Of a DNA stretch of 58,516 nucleotides, positions 38,748 to 48,703 are shown piece by piece (within the stretch, counting starts at the first letter, position 1; each line of letters opens with the position of its first letter). The notes beneath the pieces are model-generated. The model worked only from the letters and a program-made list of their open reading frames with translations. It did not search any database and was not told the DNA's origin. The stretch comes from Rhodospirillaceae bacterium (GTDB lineage Bacteria > Pseudomonadota > Gammaproteobacteria > Steroidobacterales > Rariloculaceae), in the NCBI GenBank assembly GCA_024640685.1, contig JAHEEN010000003.1, positions 1-58,516 on the forward strand, written 5' to 3'. The translations under genes and the position numbers were made by a program.

Positions 38748-40367
38748 ATGATGAGCAACCGACTGATTCGTGCTGGCCTTTCGATTCTGGCCATTGTGGG
38801 TGTCGCGAGCTGTAGCGACGAGATGCCGACGGAGGCGCCCACCGCGGCCGCGCCGCCGAACGTTGCCGCCGCCGCACGAGTCCTCGAGGAAATCCACTAC
38901 GTCAAAGCGTCGAACCCCGGTTATGGCGATCAGTTCGGTACCGGCGGCACGCTGCTCGGCAACGCCGTCGCATTGAGCGACGACGGCGTCACGTTGGCCG
39001 TCGGCGCGACGTTCGAGGCCAGTGGCGACGCTGGGCCGGGCGCCGATCAGAGCGATGACAGCGTCTATGGTGCGGGTGCCGTCTACGTGTTCGCGAATGA
39101 AGGCGGCGCGTGGGCTCAGCAAGCGTATGTCAAGGCATCGACGCCGGGACTGACCGACAACTTCGGTTATGCCGTTGAGCTCAGCGAGGACGGCGACACG
39201 ATGGCCGTATCGGCGTATTTCGAGGCCAGCGGTGCGACCGGAATCAACGGCGATGAGGCCGACGATTCGATACCGCAGGCGGGCGCCGTTTACATCTTTG
39301 TCCGGGACGGGGGTAACTGGAGCCAGCAAGCCTACATCAAGGCATCGAACACCGGGCATTTGCCTGAAGACGAGACCGCGATCGGCGATGGCGATCAGTT
39401 CGGCTTTGCGATCGCGCTCAGCAACGACGGCGATACGCTGGCCGTCGGCGCGATCGCCGAAGACGGGGCCACGGGCGAGGATCCCGGCGACAACTCGATG
39501 CTCTCGGCTGGGGCCGTCTACGTATTTGACCGGACGGGAACGACGTGGCGACAGACGTCGTATCTGAAGCCGAGCAATCCTAGCGAGGGCGATTTGTTCG
39601 GCTACTCGGTCGCGCTGACAGCCGATGCGAATACGTTGGTCGTCGGCAGCTACGACGAGGACGGCTCGCACGCCGGCACGAACGAGGTTCAAGACGACGA
39701 CATGCGCGGCTCCGGGGCCGTCTACGTTTTCGAGCGCGATGGCGGGCCGTGGCGGCAGTCCGCGTACCTGAAAGGCTCATTCGTCGAGCAAAACGACTCG
39801 CTCGGCGTCGTCGTGGATATCAGCGAGGACGGCAACACGCTCGTTGCGACGGCACTCGACGAGGATAGTTTCGTGACCGGCGTCAATCCGACGCCGGAGC
39901 CGGACTGGCAATCGGATACGTCGACCGGTGGTGTCTATGTCTTCGTGCGTGACGGCAACGACTGGACCCAGCAGGCGTATTTGAAGGCCTCGAACACGGG
40001 GCGCGAGGATTGGTTCGGGTCGCGGCTAGACTTGAGCGGTGACGGCAATACGTTGGTCGCAACGGCGCAGCTCGAGGACAGCGGAGGGGCCGGTATCGAC
40101 GGCGAGCAGGATGACGATAGCGCGCAGGAAGCGGGTGCCGCGTATCTATTCGTCCGCGAGAACGGCGTCTGGCGCCAGGCTGCGTACTTCAAGGGTAGTA
40201 ACACCGAGGCGTACGACGAGTTCGGCAGTAGCATCTCACTGTCGCGTGATGGGCGGCTGTTCGTCGTCGGCGCGCGCGGCGAGGACAGCAGGGCGTCCGG
40301 GTTCGACGGCGACCGATCCGATAACGCAACGGCCGAGAGCGGTGCCGTGTACATGTTCCGCTACTGA
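38748..40367 (+). CDS. FG-GAP/integrin-alpha-like beta-propeller lipoprotein
   Basis: Lipobox VASC; seven repeats of DxFGxxxxLSxDG...GAVYVF. Exact start uncertain (38742/38748/38751). Confidence 0.88.
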   Translation: MMSNRLIRAGLSILAIVGVASCSDEMPTEAPTAAAPPNVAAAARVLEEIHYVKASNPGYGDQFGTGGTLLGNAVALSDDGVTLAVGATFEASGDAGPGADQSDDSVYGAGAVYVFANEGGAWAQQAYVKASTPGLTDNFGYAVELSEDGDTMAVSAYFEASGATGINGDEADDSIPQAGAVYIFVRDGGNWSQQAYIKASNTGHLPEDETAIGDGDQFGFAIALSNDGDTLAVGAIAEDGATGEDPGDNSMLSAGAVYVFDRTGTTWRQTSYLKPSNPSEGDLFGYSVALTADANTLVVGSYDEDGSHAGTNEVQDDDMRGSGAVYVFERDGGPWRQSAYLKGSFVEQNDSLGVVVDISEDGNTLVATALDEDSFVTGVNPTPEPDWQSDTSTGGVYVFVRDGNDWTQQAYLKASNTGREDWFGSRLDLSGDGNTLVATAQLEDSGGAGIDGEQDDDSAQEAGAAYLFVRENGVWRQAAYFKGSNTEAYDEFGSSISLSRDGRLFVVGARGEDSRASGFDGDRSDNATAESGAVYMFRY

Positions 40368-40613
40368 CTCGAGTTGCAGAGCGCGGCATAAAGCGCCGAA
40401 AATCGAAGTTATTAACAATAAATACAAATAGATATAGAATAAATTTAATCTAAAATATTAGAGGTTTTCAAACCTCGACGCCGGTCAGTCGCGATCGGCC
40501 CAACGACTCATTCGAGCCAGTGCTAGGCATACGCTAGTGCCGACGTGCGAATTTTCGAAGCGTTGGCTATGCTCTCTGCCCGATTGACCGATCGACGCTC
40601 GAGGGGGCGCACC

Positions 40614-43019
40614 ATGGCCTATACGCTGCTCGGCAAAAACTTCGTTCCGCCGGATGTTCACGCCAAAGTGACCGGCAGGGCGCGTTACGCAGAGGACTAC
40701 CGAACCGACGGCATGCTGTTTTGTCGTCTGCTGACGAGCCCGCTGCCGCATGCGCGCGTCACGAAGCTCGATGTCAGCGAAGCGTTGGCGATGGACGGCG
40801 TCATTGACGTGTTGACGGCCCAGGACGTGCCGTCGTTCGAGGCGCCAGCCGCGCAGATCCTGACGAACGAGCCGCTGTTCATCGGTGACCCGATCCTAGC
40901 GATCGCTGCCGTCGACGAGACGACCGCACAAAACGCGATCGAGCGCATCGATATCGAGCTCGAGCCACTGCCGTTCACCGTGGATCCGCTCGAGAGCCTA
41001 TATCCGGGCGGTCCCGACGCGCGAAGCGACGGCAACATGGTCAGCGCAATGTCGGACACGCTCGGTACCGTCAAATGGACGGCACGCGATTTCGCCGCTG
41101 TCGGTGACGACCAGCTCCCGGTCGGCGAGGCTGTCGAGGAGTGGGCGTTCGGCGATCTGGAGGCGGGTTTTGCCGACGCTGCGCTCGTGCTCGATGAGAC
41201 GTTCGTCACGGCGGGCGTGTCGCATCACAGCATGGAGCCGCGCACGACGATGGCGTACTGGCAAAACGGCAAGTGCTTCTTGCACGGCTCGACGCAGAGT
41301 CAAACGGCCGTGATGCCTGGCCTACCGGCATTGCTCGGCGTCGGCCTGGAGGACATCGTTTACGTTGCGGAGTACTGTGGCGGCGGCTTCGGTTCCAAGG
41401 CGCGCGCCTATCCGACAATGGCGATTCCTGCGCTGCTTTCCAAGCGTACTCAGCGCCCGGTCATGCTGCGCATCAGTCGTGCCGAGGAGTTCTACGTCGG
41501 CTCGGCACGGCCGGGATTCCAAGGCCGCATTCGGATGGGTTTTCGCGCTGACGGTCGCGTCACGGCCGTCGATCTCTTTATCGTTCAGGAAAACGGTCCC
41601 TATGGCGGCTTCGATGATTTCGACGCCGCAGCCTCAGCGGTCACGCTGCTTTATCAGCCGCAGTCGATGCGGTTCCGCGCGGTACCGATCGAGACGAATA
41701 CGCCGCCGCGCGGCGCGATGCGCGGCCCCGGCGAGAATCAGATCGCCGTCGCCGTCGAGCCGCTGATCGACAAGGCGGCGGCTGAGCTCGGCATTGACAG
41801 AATCACGATTCGGCGCGTCAATGCCGCCGACAACAACGCGAAGTACTACGCCAATCAAGGTCCGGTCACGAGTGCGTATCAAGCCGAGGCCCTCGACAAG
41901 GGTATCGCGGAAATCGACTGGGATGCGCTGCTGGCCCGCAGCGGGCAACGCAATGGCTCGAAGGTCATCGGCGTCGGCGTCGGGCAGGCGTTTCACCCGG
42001 CCGGTCGCAACGGTTACGACGGCCTCGTGCGGTTGTTGCCGGACGGCAAGCTGCACATTCACAGCGGCGCTGGCAATCTCGGTACGTATTCCCATTCCGG
42101 CACGTCGCGTGTCGCGGCCGAGGTGCTGAAATGCAGCTGGGACAACTGCGTTGTCGAGCGTGGCGACAGTCGAAAGCACTTGCCGTGGAGCCCGACACAG
42201 AGCGGTAGCAACACGTCGTTCACGATGACGCGGCAGAACTACGTCGCGGCGATGGACATCGTCGACAAGCTCAAAGAGATTGCAGCCATGGATCTAGGCG
42301 GTGTGCCGGCCGATTATGACATCGGTAACGAGGCGGTGTTTCGCATTGACGACCCGAGCCGCTCGATGACCTATGCCGCTGCAGCCCAGCGCGCGATTGA
42401 GCTCGGAGGTAAGTTTTCGGGGCACGACGTCCCGGACGATATTCACGAAATTACGCGCTCGGCTGTCGCCGGCGTTGCCGGTACCGGGCTCATCGGCGTC
42501 GCGAAGGACAATCTGCCCCGCGACGGTGTCATCGCCGGCATCAGTATCGGCTTCATCGAGATCGAGCTCGATCTGGAGACCGGCAAATGCGAGATCCTGC
42601 AGTACTTGGGCGTCTGCGACTGCGGCACCGTGCTGCATCCGCAAAGCCTGTCGACGCAGATGAACGGCGGCGCCGTGCAAGGTTTCGGCATGGCGACGAG
42701 CGAGCGACACATCTTCGATCCGCAGAACGGCCTGCCAGGCACGGTCGGGTTCTTGCAGTGCAAGCCGCCGAGCTATCTGGATGTGCCGGTCTCGATGGCG
42801 TCGACGGCCGTCGCGCTCGAGGATCCACAGAATCCGGTCGGCGCGAAGGGCATGGGCGAGCCGCCACTGGGTTGCGCGGCGGCTGCGCTGGTATGCGCGA
42901 TCTCTGACGCGTTGGGCGGCCAGTACTTCAATCGCACGCCGATCGTGCCGGACATGATCGTCAATGCCGTCAGTGGACAGGGACAATCCCACGGCGTGCT
43001 AGACGTCAACACGGCCTGA
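40614..43019 (+). CDS. Xanthine dehydrogenase family molybdopterin-binding (large) subunit
   Basis: AKVTGRARYAED, GGGFGSK, AMRGPG, QMNGGAVQG and GAKGMGEPP. Confidence 0.92.
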   Translation: MAYTLLGKNFVPPDVHAKVTGRARYAEDYRTDGMLFCRLLTSPLPHARVTKLDVSEALAMDGVIDVLTAQDVPSFEAPAAQILTNEPLFIGDPILAIAAVDETTAQNAIERIDIELEPLPFTVDPLESLYPGGPDARSDGNMVSAMSDTLGTVKWTARDFAAVGDDQLPVGEAVEEWAFGDLEAGFADAALVLDETFVTAGVSHHSMEPRTTMAYWQNGKCFLHGSTQSQTAVMPGLPALLGVGLEDIVYVAEYCGGGFGSKARAYPTMAIPALLSKRTQRPVMLRISRAEEFYVGSARPGFQGRIRMGFRADGRVTAVDLFIVQENGPYGGFDDFDAAASAVTLLYQPQSMRFRAVPIETNTPPRGAMRGPGENQIAVAVEPLIDKAAAELGIDRITIRRVNAADNNAKYYANQGPVTSAYQAEALDKGIAEIDWDALLARSGQRNGSKVIGVGVGQAFHPAGRNGYDGLVRLLPDGKLHIHSGAGNLGTYSHSGTSRVAAEVLKCSWDNCVVERGDSRKHLPWSPTQSGSNTSFTMTRQNYVAAMDIVDKLKEIAAMDLGGVPADYDIGNEAVFRIDDPSRSMTYAAAAQRAIELGGKFSGHDVPDDIHEITRSAVAGVAGTGLIGVAKDNLPRDGVIAGISIGFIEIELDLETGKCEILQYLGVCDCGTVLHPQSLSTQMNGGAVQGFGMATSERHIFDPQNGLPGTVGFLQCKPPSYLDVPVSMASTAVALEDPQNPVGAKGMGEPPLGCAAAALVCAISDALGGQYFNRTPIVPDMIVNAVSGQGQSHGVLDVNTA

Positions 43020-43081
43020 CGGCAGCGAGCTGACGCCATGATGACGGCTTAGTCGGTCGGCTGCGCGCGCACCGCAATTCG

Positions 43082-43765
43082 ATGGAGGTACCGGCAGCAC
43101 CGCCATATCCAACTGTCGCGATCGCCGGATCGGACGAGCGCTTCGCGCTGCATCGAATCTACTGCGTCGGCTGGAACTATGCCGAGCACGTTCGCGAGAT
43201 GGGGTTGACCCCCGAGCGCGAGCCGCCGATTTTCTTCATGAAACCGCTCGACGCGATTGTCGCCGACGGCGGCTCGGTGACTTACCCGCCGCGCACTGAA
43301 AATCTGCATTACGAGATCGAGCTCGTCGTAGCGATCGGGCGGGCAGGGGCCGCGATCGCCCGTGACGATGCGCTAGCCCACGTCTGGGGTTATGGCGTTG
43401 GCATCGACATGACGCGGCGGGATTTGCAGTCGCATGCCAAAGCACGCGGCCAACCGTGGGAGACGTCGAAGGCCTTCGACGATGCCGCGCCGCTGGGTCC
43501 GCTTCGCGCTGCCGCCGACATCGGGCATCCGAGTGCAGGCCGTATCTGGCTTTCCGTCAACGGTGACGTTCGCCAAGACGGCGATCTCCGCCAACTGATC
43601 TGGTCGGTACCGGAAATCATCGCGCACTTGTCAGCTTACTTCAGGCTCGCGCCCGGAGATTTGATCTATACCGGCACGCCTGCAGGCGTCGGTGCCGTTC
43701 GACCGGGCGACGTGCTCGAGGGCGGCGTCGAGGGCGTCGGGGAGATTCGCGTCCGCGTCGAATAG
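43082..43765 (+). CDS. Fumarylacetoacetate hydrolase family protein, paralogue 1
   Basis: RIYCVGWNYAEH, FFMKP, HYEIE, DMTRRDLQ and TGTPAGVG. Confidence 0.92.
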   Translation: MEVPAAPPYPTVAIAGSDERFALHRIYCVGWNYAEHVREMGLTPEREPPIFFMKPLDAIVADGGSVTYPPRTENLHYEIELVVAIGRAGAAIARDDALAHVWGYGVGIDMTRRDLQSHAKARGQPWETSKAFDDAAPLGPLRAAADIGHPSAGRIWLSVNGDVRQDGDLRQLIWSVPEIIAHLSAYFRLAPGDLIYTGTPAGVGAVRPGDVLEGGVEGVGEIRVRVE

Positions 43766-43818
43766 CGCGCCAGCGTTGGGCTACAATAGCGGCCCTTTTG
43801 CTGTTGCCGGAGACCCGC

Positions 43819-45126
43819 ATGCGAACTGTCTGCTGGATGCCGCTTCTCGCCGGCGTTCTTTTCGCTGCGCCTATCGTTGCCGAAGAGGTCACAAGCGCTC
43901 AGTCGGTCGATCCATCGAGCGCAGTCGACCCAGTGCTGGGCTTACGCGTTCCACCGGGCTTTAGGGCTACCGTGTTCGCCGACGTCGACGGTTACGCCCG
44001 CCATCTAGCGGTCCGCGACGACGGCACGGTCTATCTGGCGTTGACCGTGCGCATGGGTCGCGGCAGCGACATGGGCGTCGTTGCAATGCGCGATACGGAC
44101 GGCGATGGCGTTGCCGATACGCGTGAGGCATTTGCGACCGACATTCCGGCCACGGCGCTCGTGTTCTTCGAGGACGATCTCTATGTCGGTGCGAATACGG
44201 CGATCTACCGTTTCAGCTTCAACGGCGACGAGGTTGTCCCATCCGGTGAGCGGGACGTCGTCGTCAGCGGCTTCCCGGAGCAGCGATTGCACGAGGCGAA
44301 GACGTTCGCAATCGACAGGGACGGCAACCTGTACGTCAACGTCGGTGCGCCGTCGAATGCCTGCATGGAAGAGTTCCGCACCCGCGGCTCGCCCGGGCAG
44401 CAGCCGTGCCCGCAGCTGCAGCGGCAGGGCGGCATTTGGCGCTATGATGCGCGCGCGTCGAATCAAACCCAGGCCGACGACGGTGAGCGTTATGCCACCG
44501 GTGTGCGTAACGCGATGGCAATCGAGTACAACGCGGCGCGCGATCAGGTCTATTTCTTGAGCCACGGCCGCGATGCACTGTTTACGCTGTTCCCCGAGTA
44601 CTACTCGGCCGAAGACAGCGCTGAGCTGCCCTCGGAGGAAATGCACGCGCTAGCACGCGGTGGAAATTATGGGTGGCCTTACACGTACTACGACCATCTG
44701 CAGGGCAAGCGCCTCGTTGCGCCGGAGTACGGCGGCGACGGCTCGCTGGCACCGCCTGCCGGCGAGTACGCCGAGCCCATCGCGACGTTCCCGGGGCATT
44801 GGGCACCCAACGATCTGTTGTTCTACGACGGCCAGTCGCTGCCGGAGCGATATCGTGGCGGTGCATTGATCGTCTTCCACGGCTCGTGGAATCGGGCGCC
44901 GCTGCCGCAGGACGGCTACAAGATCGTCTTTCGCACGTTCGACGGCGAACGCCCGGCGGCGGACTGGGAGGTCTTCGCCGACGGCTTCAAGGGCGTCGAC
45001 GTGCTCGCAAATCCAGGCGACGCCGCGCACCGGCCGATGTCGATTGCACAGGACCCGGAAGGTGTGCTCTATGTGTCGAGCACGGTCAGCGGCCGCGTTT
45101 GGCGGATCGAGTACGTCGGCGACTGA
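43819..45126 (+). CDS. Secreted PQQ-dependent (sorbosone/sugar dehydrogenase-like) oxidoreductase
   Basis: Signal peptide, DTDGDG, VGAPSNAC, GVRN, YGWPY, GHWAPN and FHGSWNR. Confidence 0.85.
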   Translation: MRTVCWMPLLAGVLFAAPIVAEEVTSAQSVDPSSAVDPVLGLRVPPGFRATVFADVDGYARHLAVRDDGTVYLALTVRMGRGSDMGVVAMRDTDGDGVADTREAFATDIPATALVFFEDDLYVGANTAIYRFSFNGDEVVPSGERDVVVSGFPEQRLHEAKTFAIDRDGNLYVNVGAPSNACMEEFRTRGSPGQQPCPQLQRQGGIWRYDARASNQTQADDGERYATGVRNAMAIEYNAARDQVYFLSHGRDALFTLFPEYYSAEDSAELPSEEMHALARGGNYGWPYTYYDHLQGKRLVAPEYGGDGSLAPPAGEYAEPIATFPGHWAPNDLLFYDGQSLPERYRGGALIVFHGSWNRAPLPQDGYKIVFRTFDGERPAADWEVFADGFKGVDVLANPGDAAHRPMSIAQDPEGVLYVSSTVSGRVWRIEYVGD

Positions 45127-45143
45127 TTGCCCGCGCCACTACG

Positions 45144-45521
45144 ATGTCTGGAATCCGCACGCTGTCGACGATCACTTTGCTGTGGCTAGTCTGCGGGCTT
45201 GCAGCCTCGCAGACCGATGTTGCCGACGGCGAAGCGATCTATACGCGCGACTGCTTGGCCTGCCATATGGCCGATGGGCGCGGCGTACCAGGCATGAATC
45301 CACCGCTGACTGGAAGCCCATGGGTTTCGGGTCCGGCGGATTCACTCGCCGGCTTCGTGCTGACCGGCGGGTTCGGCCCGGAAATCTTGATGGCGCGATT
45401 CGACTATCTCAGCGACGCAGAGCTCGCAGCGCTCTTGATGTATATACGCGCCGAATTTGTGGGTATCGACGAGCCGATATCGGCCGATAGCATCGCAGCC
45501 GTTCGCAGCCAACTACCGTGA
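45144..45521 (+). CDS. Monoheme c-type cytochrome
   Basis: Signal peptide, CLACH, PPL motif and a distal Met (LMARF). Confidence 0.88.
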   Translation: MSGIRTLSTITLLWLVCGLAASQTDVADGEAIYTRDCLACHMADGRGVPGMNPPLTGSPWVSGPADSLAGFVLTGGFGPEILMARFDYLSDAELAALLMYIRAEFVGIDEPISADSIAAVRSQLP

Positions 45522-45584
45522 GGCGTGCGCCGAGTCTGCGCCCTGAATTGCAGCTTCAATAACGAACTTGAGTGGGAGATCTCG

Positions 45585-46268
45585 ATGAGCCTGATTTTCG
45601 ACGTGCCGCAGCCGAGTGTGGCGATCGCCGGACGCGAGGAGCGCTATCCCGTCCGCCGTATCTATTGCGTCGGTCGAAATTACGCCGAACATGCGCGTGA
45701 AATGGGCCACGATCCGGACCGCGATCCGCCGTTCTTCTTCATGAAGCCGGCCGATGCCGTTGTGCCGTCAGGCAGCGACATCCCGTATCCACCGTCGACG
45801 AGCAATCTGCACTACGAGATGGAGCTGGTTGTCGCGATCGGTAGGGGCGGCGAGGGGATCAGCCAACAAGATGCGAATGACCACATCTGGGGCTACGCGG
45901 TCGGGATCGACCTGACGCGTCGCGATCTGCAGGTCGAAGCGAAGAACATGGGCCGTCCGTGGGATTCGGGCAAGGGCTTCGATGCATCTGCGCCGATCAG
46001 CGCGCTTCACGCAGCCGCGGATATCGGCCATCCGACGTCGGGGCGTATCTGGCTGGCCGTCAACGACGAGATCAAGCAGGACTCGGATATCGCCAAGCTG
46101 ATCTGGAACATTCCCGAGACGATCGAGCACTTGTCGGGCCTCTACACGCTCGAGCCGGGCGATCTGATTTATACCGGCACGCCGGCCGGTGTAGGCCCGG
46201 TCGTTGCCGGCGATACGATTACCGGCGGCGTCGATGGCGTCGATTCGTTGGAGATTCGAATTACCTGA
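45585..46268 (+). CDS. FAH-family hydrolase, probable fumarylpyruvate hydrolase (paralogue 2)
   Basis: RRIYCVGRNYAEH, HYEME and DLTRRDLQ; directly upstream of gtdA. Confidence 0.92.
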   Translation: MSLIFDVPQPSVAIAGREERYPVRRIYCVGRNYAEHAREMGHDPDRDPPFFFMKPADAVVPSGSDIPYPPSTSNLHYEMELVVAIGRGGEGISQQDANDHIWGYAVGIDLTRRDLQVEAKNMGRPWDSGKGFDASAPISALHAAADIGHPTSGRIWLAVNDEIKQDSDIAKLIWNIPETIEHLSGLYTLEPGDLIYTGTPAGVGPVVAGDTITGGVDGVDSLEIRIT

Positions 46269-46297
46269 CAATCTCGCAAGCCCGCGGAGCACAGACC

Positions 46298-47347
46298 ATG
46301 GCCTCTGCAGACCCAACGCACGATTCTATTCAAGCCGCTTTCACCAAACGCATCGAGGCCGACCGCCTCGTGCCGCTGTGGAATTTCTTCAGCAACTGGT
46401 TCACCTTCGACCCGCAGGCCGAGGCAGAACCGTACTTGTGGCATTACGACGGCTTGCGCGATTCGGTCCTCGAGTCCGCCAACGTCATCAGCGCGCGCGA
46501 AGCCGAGCGCCGCGTGCTCGTGCTGGAAAACCCGGGCCTGATCGGCAAGCATCTGGTCACCGACTCGCTGTATGCGGGACTGCAGCTGATCACACCGGGC
46601 GAGGTCGCGCCTGCGCATCGTCATACGCCGGTCGCGTTGCGGTTCATCATCGAAGGCAGCGGCGGTTACACGTCGGTCGCCGGTGAGCGAACGTACATGG
46701 AGCCCGGCGATTTCATCGTCACGCCATCGTGGGCCTGGCACGACCACGGCCACGAAGGCGAAGGCCCCGTTGTCTGGCTCGATGTCCTCGATGTGCCTCT
46801 GATCCGGTTCCTAGGTGCGAACTTTACCGAGCACTATCCGGAAGAGCGCTACCCCGAAGGCCCGCCGGCCAACGACAGCCTGCATCGCTACGGATCGAAT
46901 CTGCGGCCGGTCGGGTATCGCCGCGACACGCTAGCATCGCCGATCTTCTCCTATCCGTACGCGCGCACGCGCGAGTCGCTCGAGAAGCTCAAGAATCACA
47001 GCGATTGGGACCCGTGCTATGGGCTAAAGATGGAGTACATCGATCCGACGACCGGCGGGCCTGCAATCCCGACGATATCGACATTCATTCAGCTGCTGCC
47101 GAAAGGTTTCTCGACAGCGCCGTACCGCAGCACCGACGGCGGCGTTTACTGCGTTGCCGAGGGCGCCGGCACGGTTCGATTCGGCGACGGTGAGAATGCG
47201 ACTGAGTTTCGCTTCGGCCCACGCGACATCTTCGCCGTGCCGTATTGGCAATCGTTTAGCATCGAGGCCGACGAGGAGACCGTGATCTTCAGCGCGACCG
47301 ACAAGATCGTGCAGACGAAGCTCGGCGTTTGGCGAGAGCAACGCTAG
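46298..47347 (+). CDS. gtdA: Gentisate 1,2-dioxygenase
   Basis: AERRVLVLENPGL, LYAGLQL, HRHT..ALRF and WHDH bicupin motifs. Confidence 0.92.
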   Translation: MASADPTHDSIQAAFTKRIEADRLVPLWNFFSNWFTFDPQAEAEPYLWHYDGLRDSVLESANVISAREAERRVLVLENPGLIGKHLVTDSLYAGLQLITPGEVAPAHRHTPVALRFIIEGSGGYTSVAGERTYMEPGDFIVTPSWAWHDHGHEGEGPVVWLDVLDVPLIRFLGANFTEHYPEERYPEGPPANDSLHRYGSNLRPVGYRRDTLASPIFSYPYARTRESLEKLKNHSDWDPCYGLKMEYIDPTTGGPAIPTISTFIQLLPKGFSTAPYRSTDGGVYCVAEGAGTVRFGDGENATEFRFGPRDIFAVPYWQSFSIEADEETVIFSATDKIVQTKLGVWREQR

Positions 47348-47349
47348 GC

Positions 47350-47994
47350 ATGGCGTTCAAGCTCTACACGTTCTTCCGCAGCTCCGCGGCCTACAGAGCA
47401 CGGATCGCGCTGAATCTAAAGGGCGCCGACTACGACTCCATTCCGGTTCATCTGCGCAGCAAGGCGCATCGCAGTGACGACTACCGCGCGTTGAACCCGC
47501 AGGCGTTGGTGCCGGCACTAGCTGACGACGGCGTCGTGATTCCGCAGTCGCTGGCGATTATCGAATACCTCGATGAGACGCTTCCCGAGCCGCCGTTACT
47601 GCCGGAGTCTGCTGTCGACCGCGCGATCGTGCGCTCGATGGCGCAGCTCATCGCGTCGGACATGCACCCGCTGTGCAATCTGCGCGTGTTGATCTATCTG
47701 AAGGACGTGCTCGGGCAATCCGAGGATGACGTCAACACTTGGTACCGTCATTGGGTAGCCGAAGGTTTCGGCTCGCTCGAGGTCATGGCCGCGCGTTACT
47801 CGACGGACGGCCGGACATGCTTCGGTAGTGCCGTGACGCTCGCCGATATCTGCCTCGCGCCGCAGTATTTCAATGCACAGCGGTTCGACTGCGATCTGAC
47901 GCCTTATCCGACGCTTGCGAAGATCAACGCCGCGTTAGTCGAGCGCCCCGAATTCGCGGCAGCCCACCCATCGCTGCAACCGGACGCCGAATAG
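47350..47994 (+). CDS. maiA: Maleylpyruvate/maleylacetoacetate isomerase (GST zeta)
   Basis: FRSSAAYRARIALNLKG, QSLAIIEYL, DMHPLCNLRVL and QPDA. Confidence 0.93.
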   Translation: MAFKLYTFFRSSAAYRARIALNLKGADYDSIPVHLRSKAHRSDDYRALNPQALVPALADDGVVIPQSLAIIEYLDETLPEPPLLPESAVDRAIVRSMAQLIASDMHPLCNLRVLIYLKDVLGQSEDDVNTWYRHWVAEGFGSLEVMAARYSTDGRTCFGSAVTLADICLAPQYFNAQRFDCDLTPYPTLAKINAALVERPEFAAAHPSLQPDAE

Positions 47995-48007
47995 TCGACG
48001 AGCCGGG

Positions 48008-48703
48008 TTACGGCTCGTATCGGGCCTGAATGACCTGAGCGATAATCGCTACCGCAATCTCGGCCGGGGCACGCCCACCGAGGTCGAGGCCGATGGGTCC
48101 CATGATTCTTCGTAACGTTGCGCTATCGAAGCCGAGCTCGCGGAGTCGCTCGAGGCGGCCGGCGTGGTTGCGCCGGCTGCCGAGCGCGCCGATATAGAAC
48201 GTATCCGCGTTGAGCGCAGCGACCAGCGCCGGCTCGTCGATCTTCGGGTCATGACTGAGCGTAACGACCGCGGTCCGTGCGTCGAGGGCGAGCGTCGGGA
48301 AGACATCCTGTGGCCAATCCGCATGTATTTCGATATCGGGGAATCGCTCCGGCGACGCGAACGCAGGGCGTGGGTCGACGAGGGTCACACTGAGGCCGAC
48401 AGCCTGAGCCATCGGGATCAACGCTTGCGCGATATGCACGGCGCCGACGATGATCAGTCGATACGGTGGTGACAGTGTTTGCACGAAATAGCGCTGCTCG
48501 CCGAGCTCGAGGACCTGGGCGCCGTCGCGGCGTAACGCTTGCTTGCTTCGTTGACGGATCGCGTCGGGCAAGTCGTCGAGCGCAGCGTCGGCAGTCGACG
48601 GCTCGATGAGCCATTCGCCGTCAGTGTCGAGCGACCTGACGAGCACGATGGGGCGCTTGGCCGATGCGGCGTCGACGAGTCCGCGCAGCGTCCGCTCCTT
48701 CAC
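48008..48703 (-). CDS. XdhC family protein, C-terminal (Rossmann) half
   Basis: IVGAVHIAQ, DPRPAFA, HDPKID, YIGALGSR and PIGLDLG..PAEIA; GTGA overlap with the upstream half. Confidence 0.9.
   Translation of the reverse strand: MKERTLRGLVDAASAKRPIVLVRSLDTDGEWLIEPSTADAALDDLPDAIRQRSKQALRRDGAQVLELGEQRYFVQTLSPPYRLIIVGAVHIAQALIPMAQAVGLSVTLVDPRPAFASPERFPDIEIHADWPQDVFPTLALDARTAVVTLSHDPKIDEPALVAALNADTFYIGALGSRRNHAGRLERLRELGFDSATLRRIMGPIGLDLGGRAPAEIAVAIIAQVIQARYEP

Noticed and set aside
38643-39692. 349-aa minus-strand ORF
   Set aside because: Lies opposite the FG-GAP gene and has no recognisable motifs.
38900-40360. DNA repeats suggesting a CRISPR or tandem array
   Set aside because: They are degenerate in-frame protein repeats (FG-GAP blades), not identical repeats with spacers. 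No array was seen anywhere in the window.
44673-46297. Long N-terminal extensions of the cytochrome c (44673) and gtdA (45959) ORFs
   Set aside because: The extensions overlap upstream genes in another frame; starts at 45144 and 46298 fit the signal peptide and RBS respectively.
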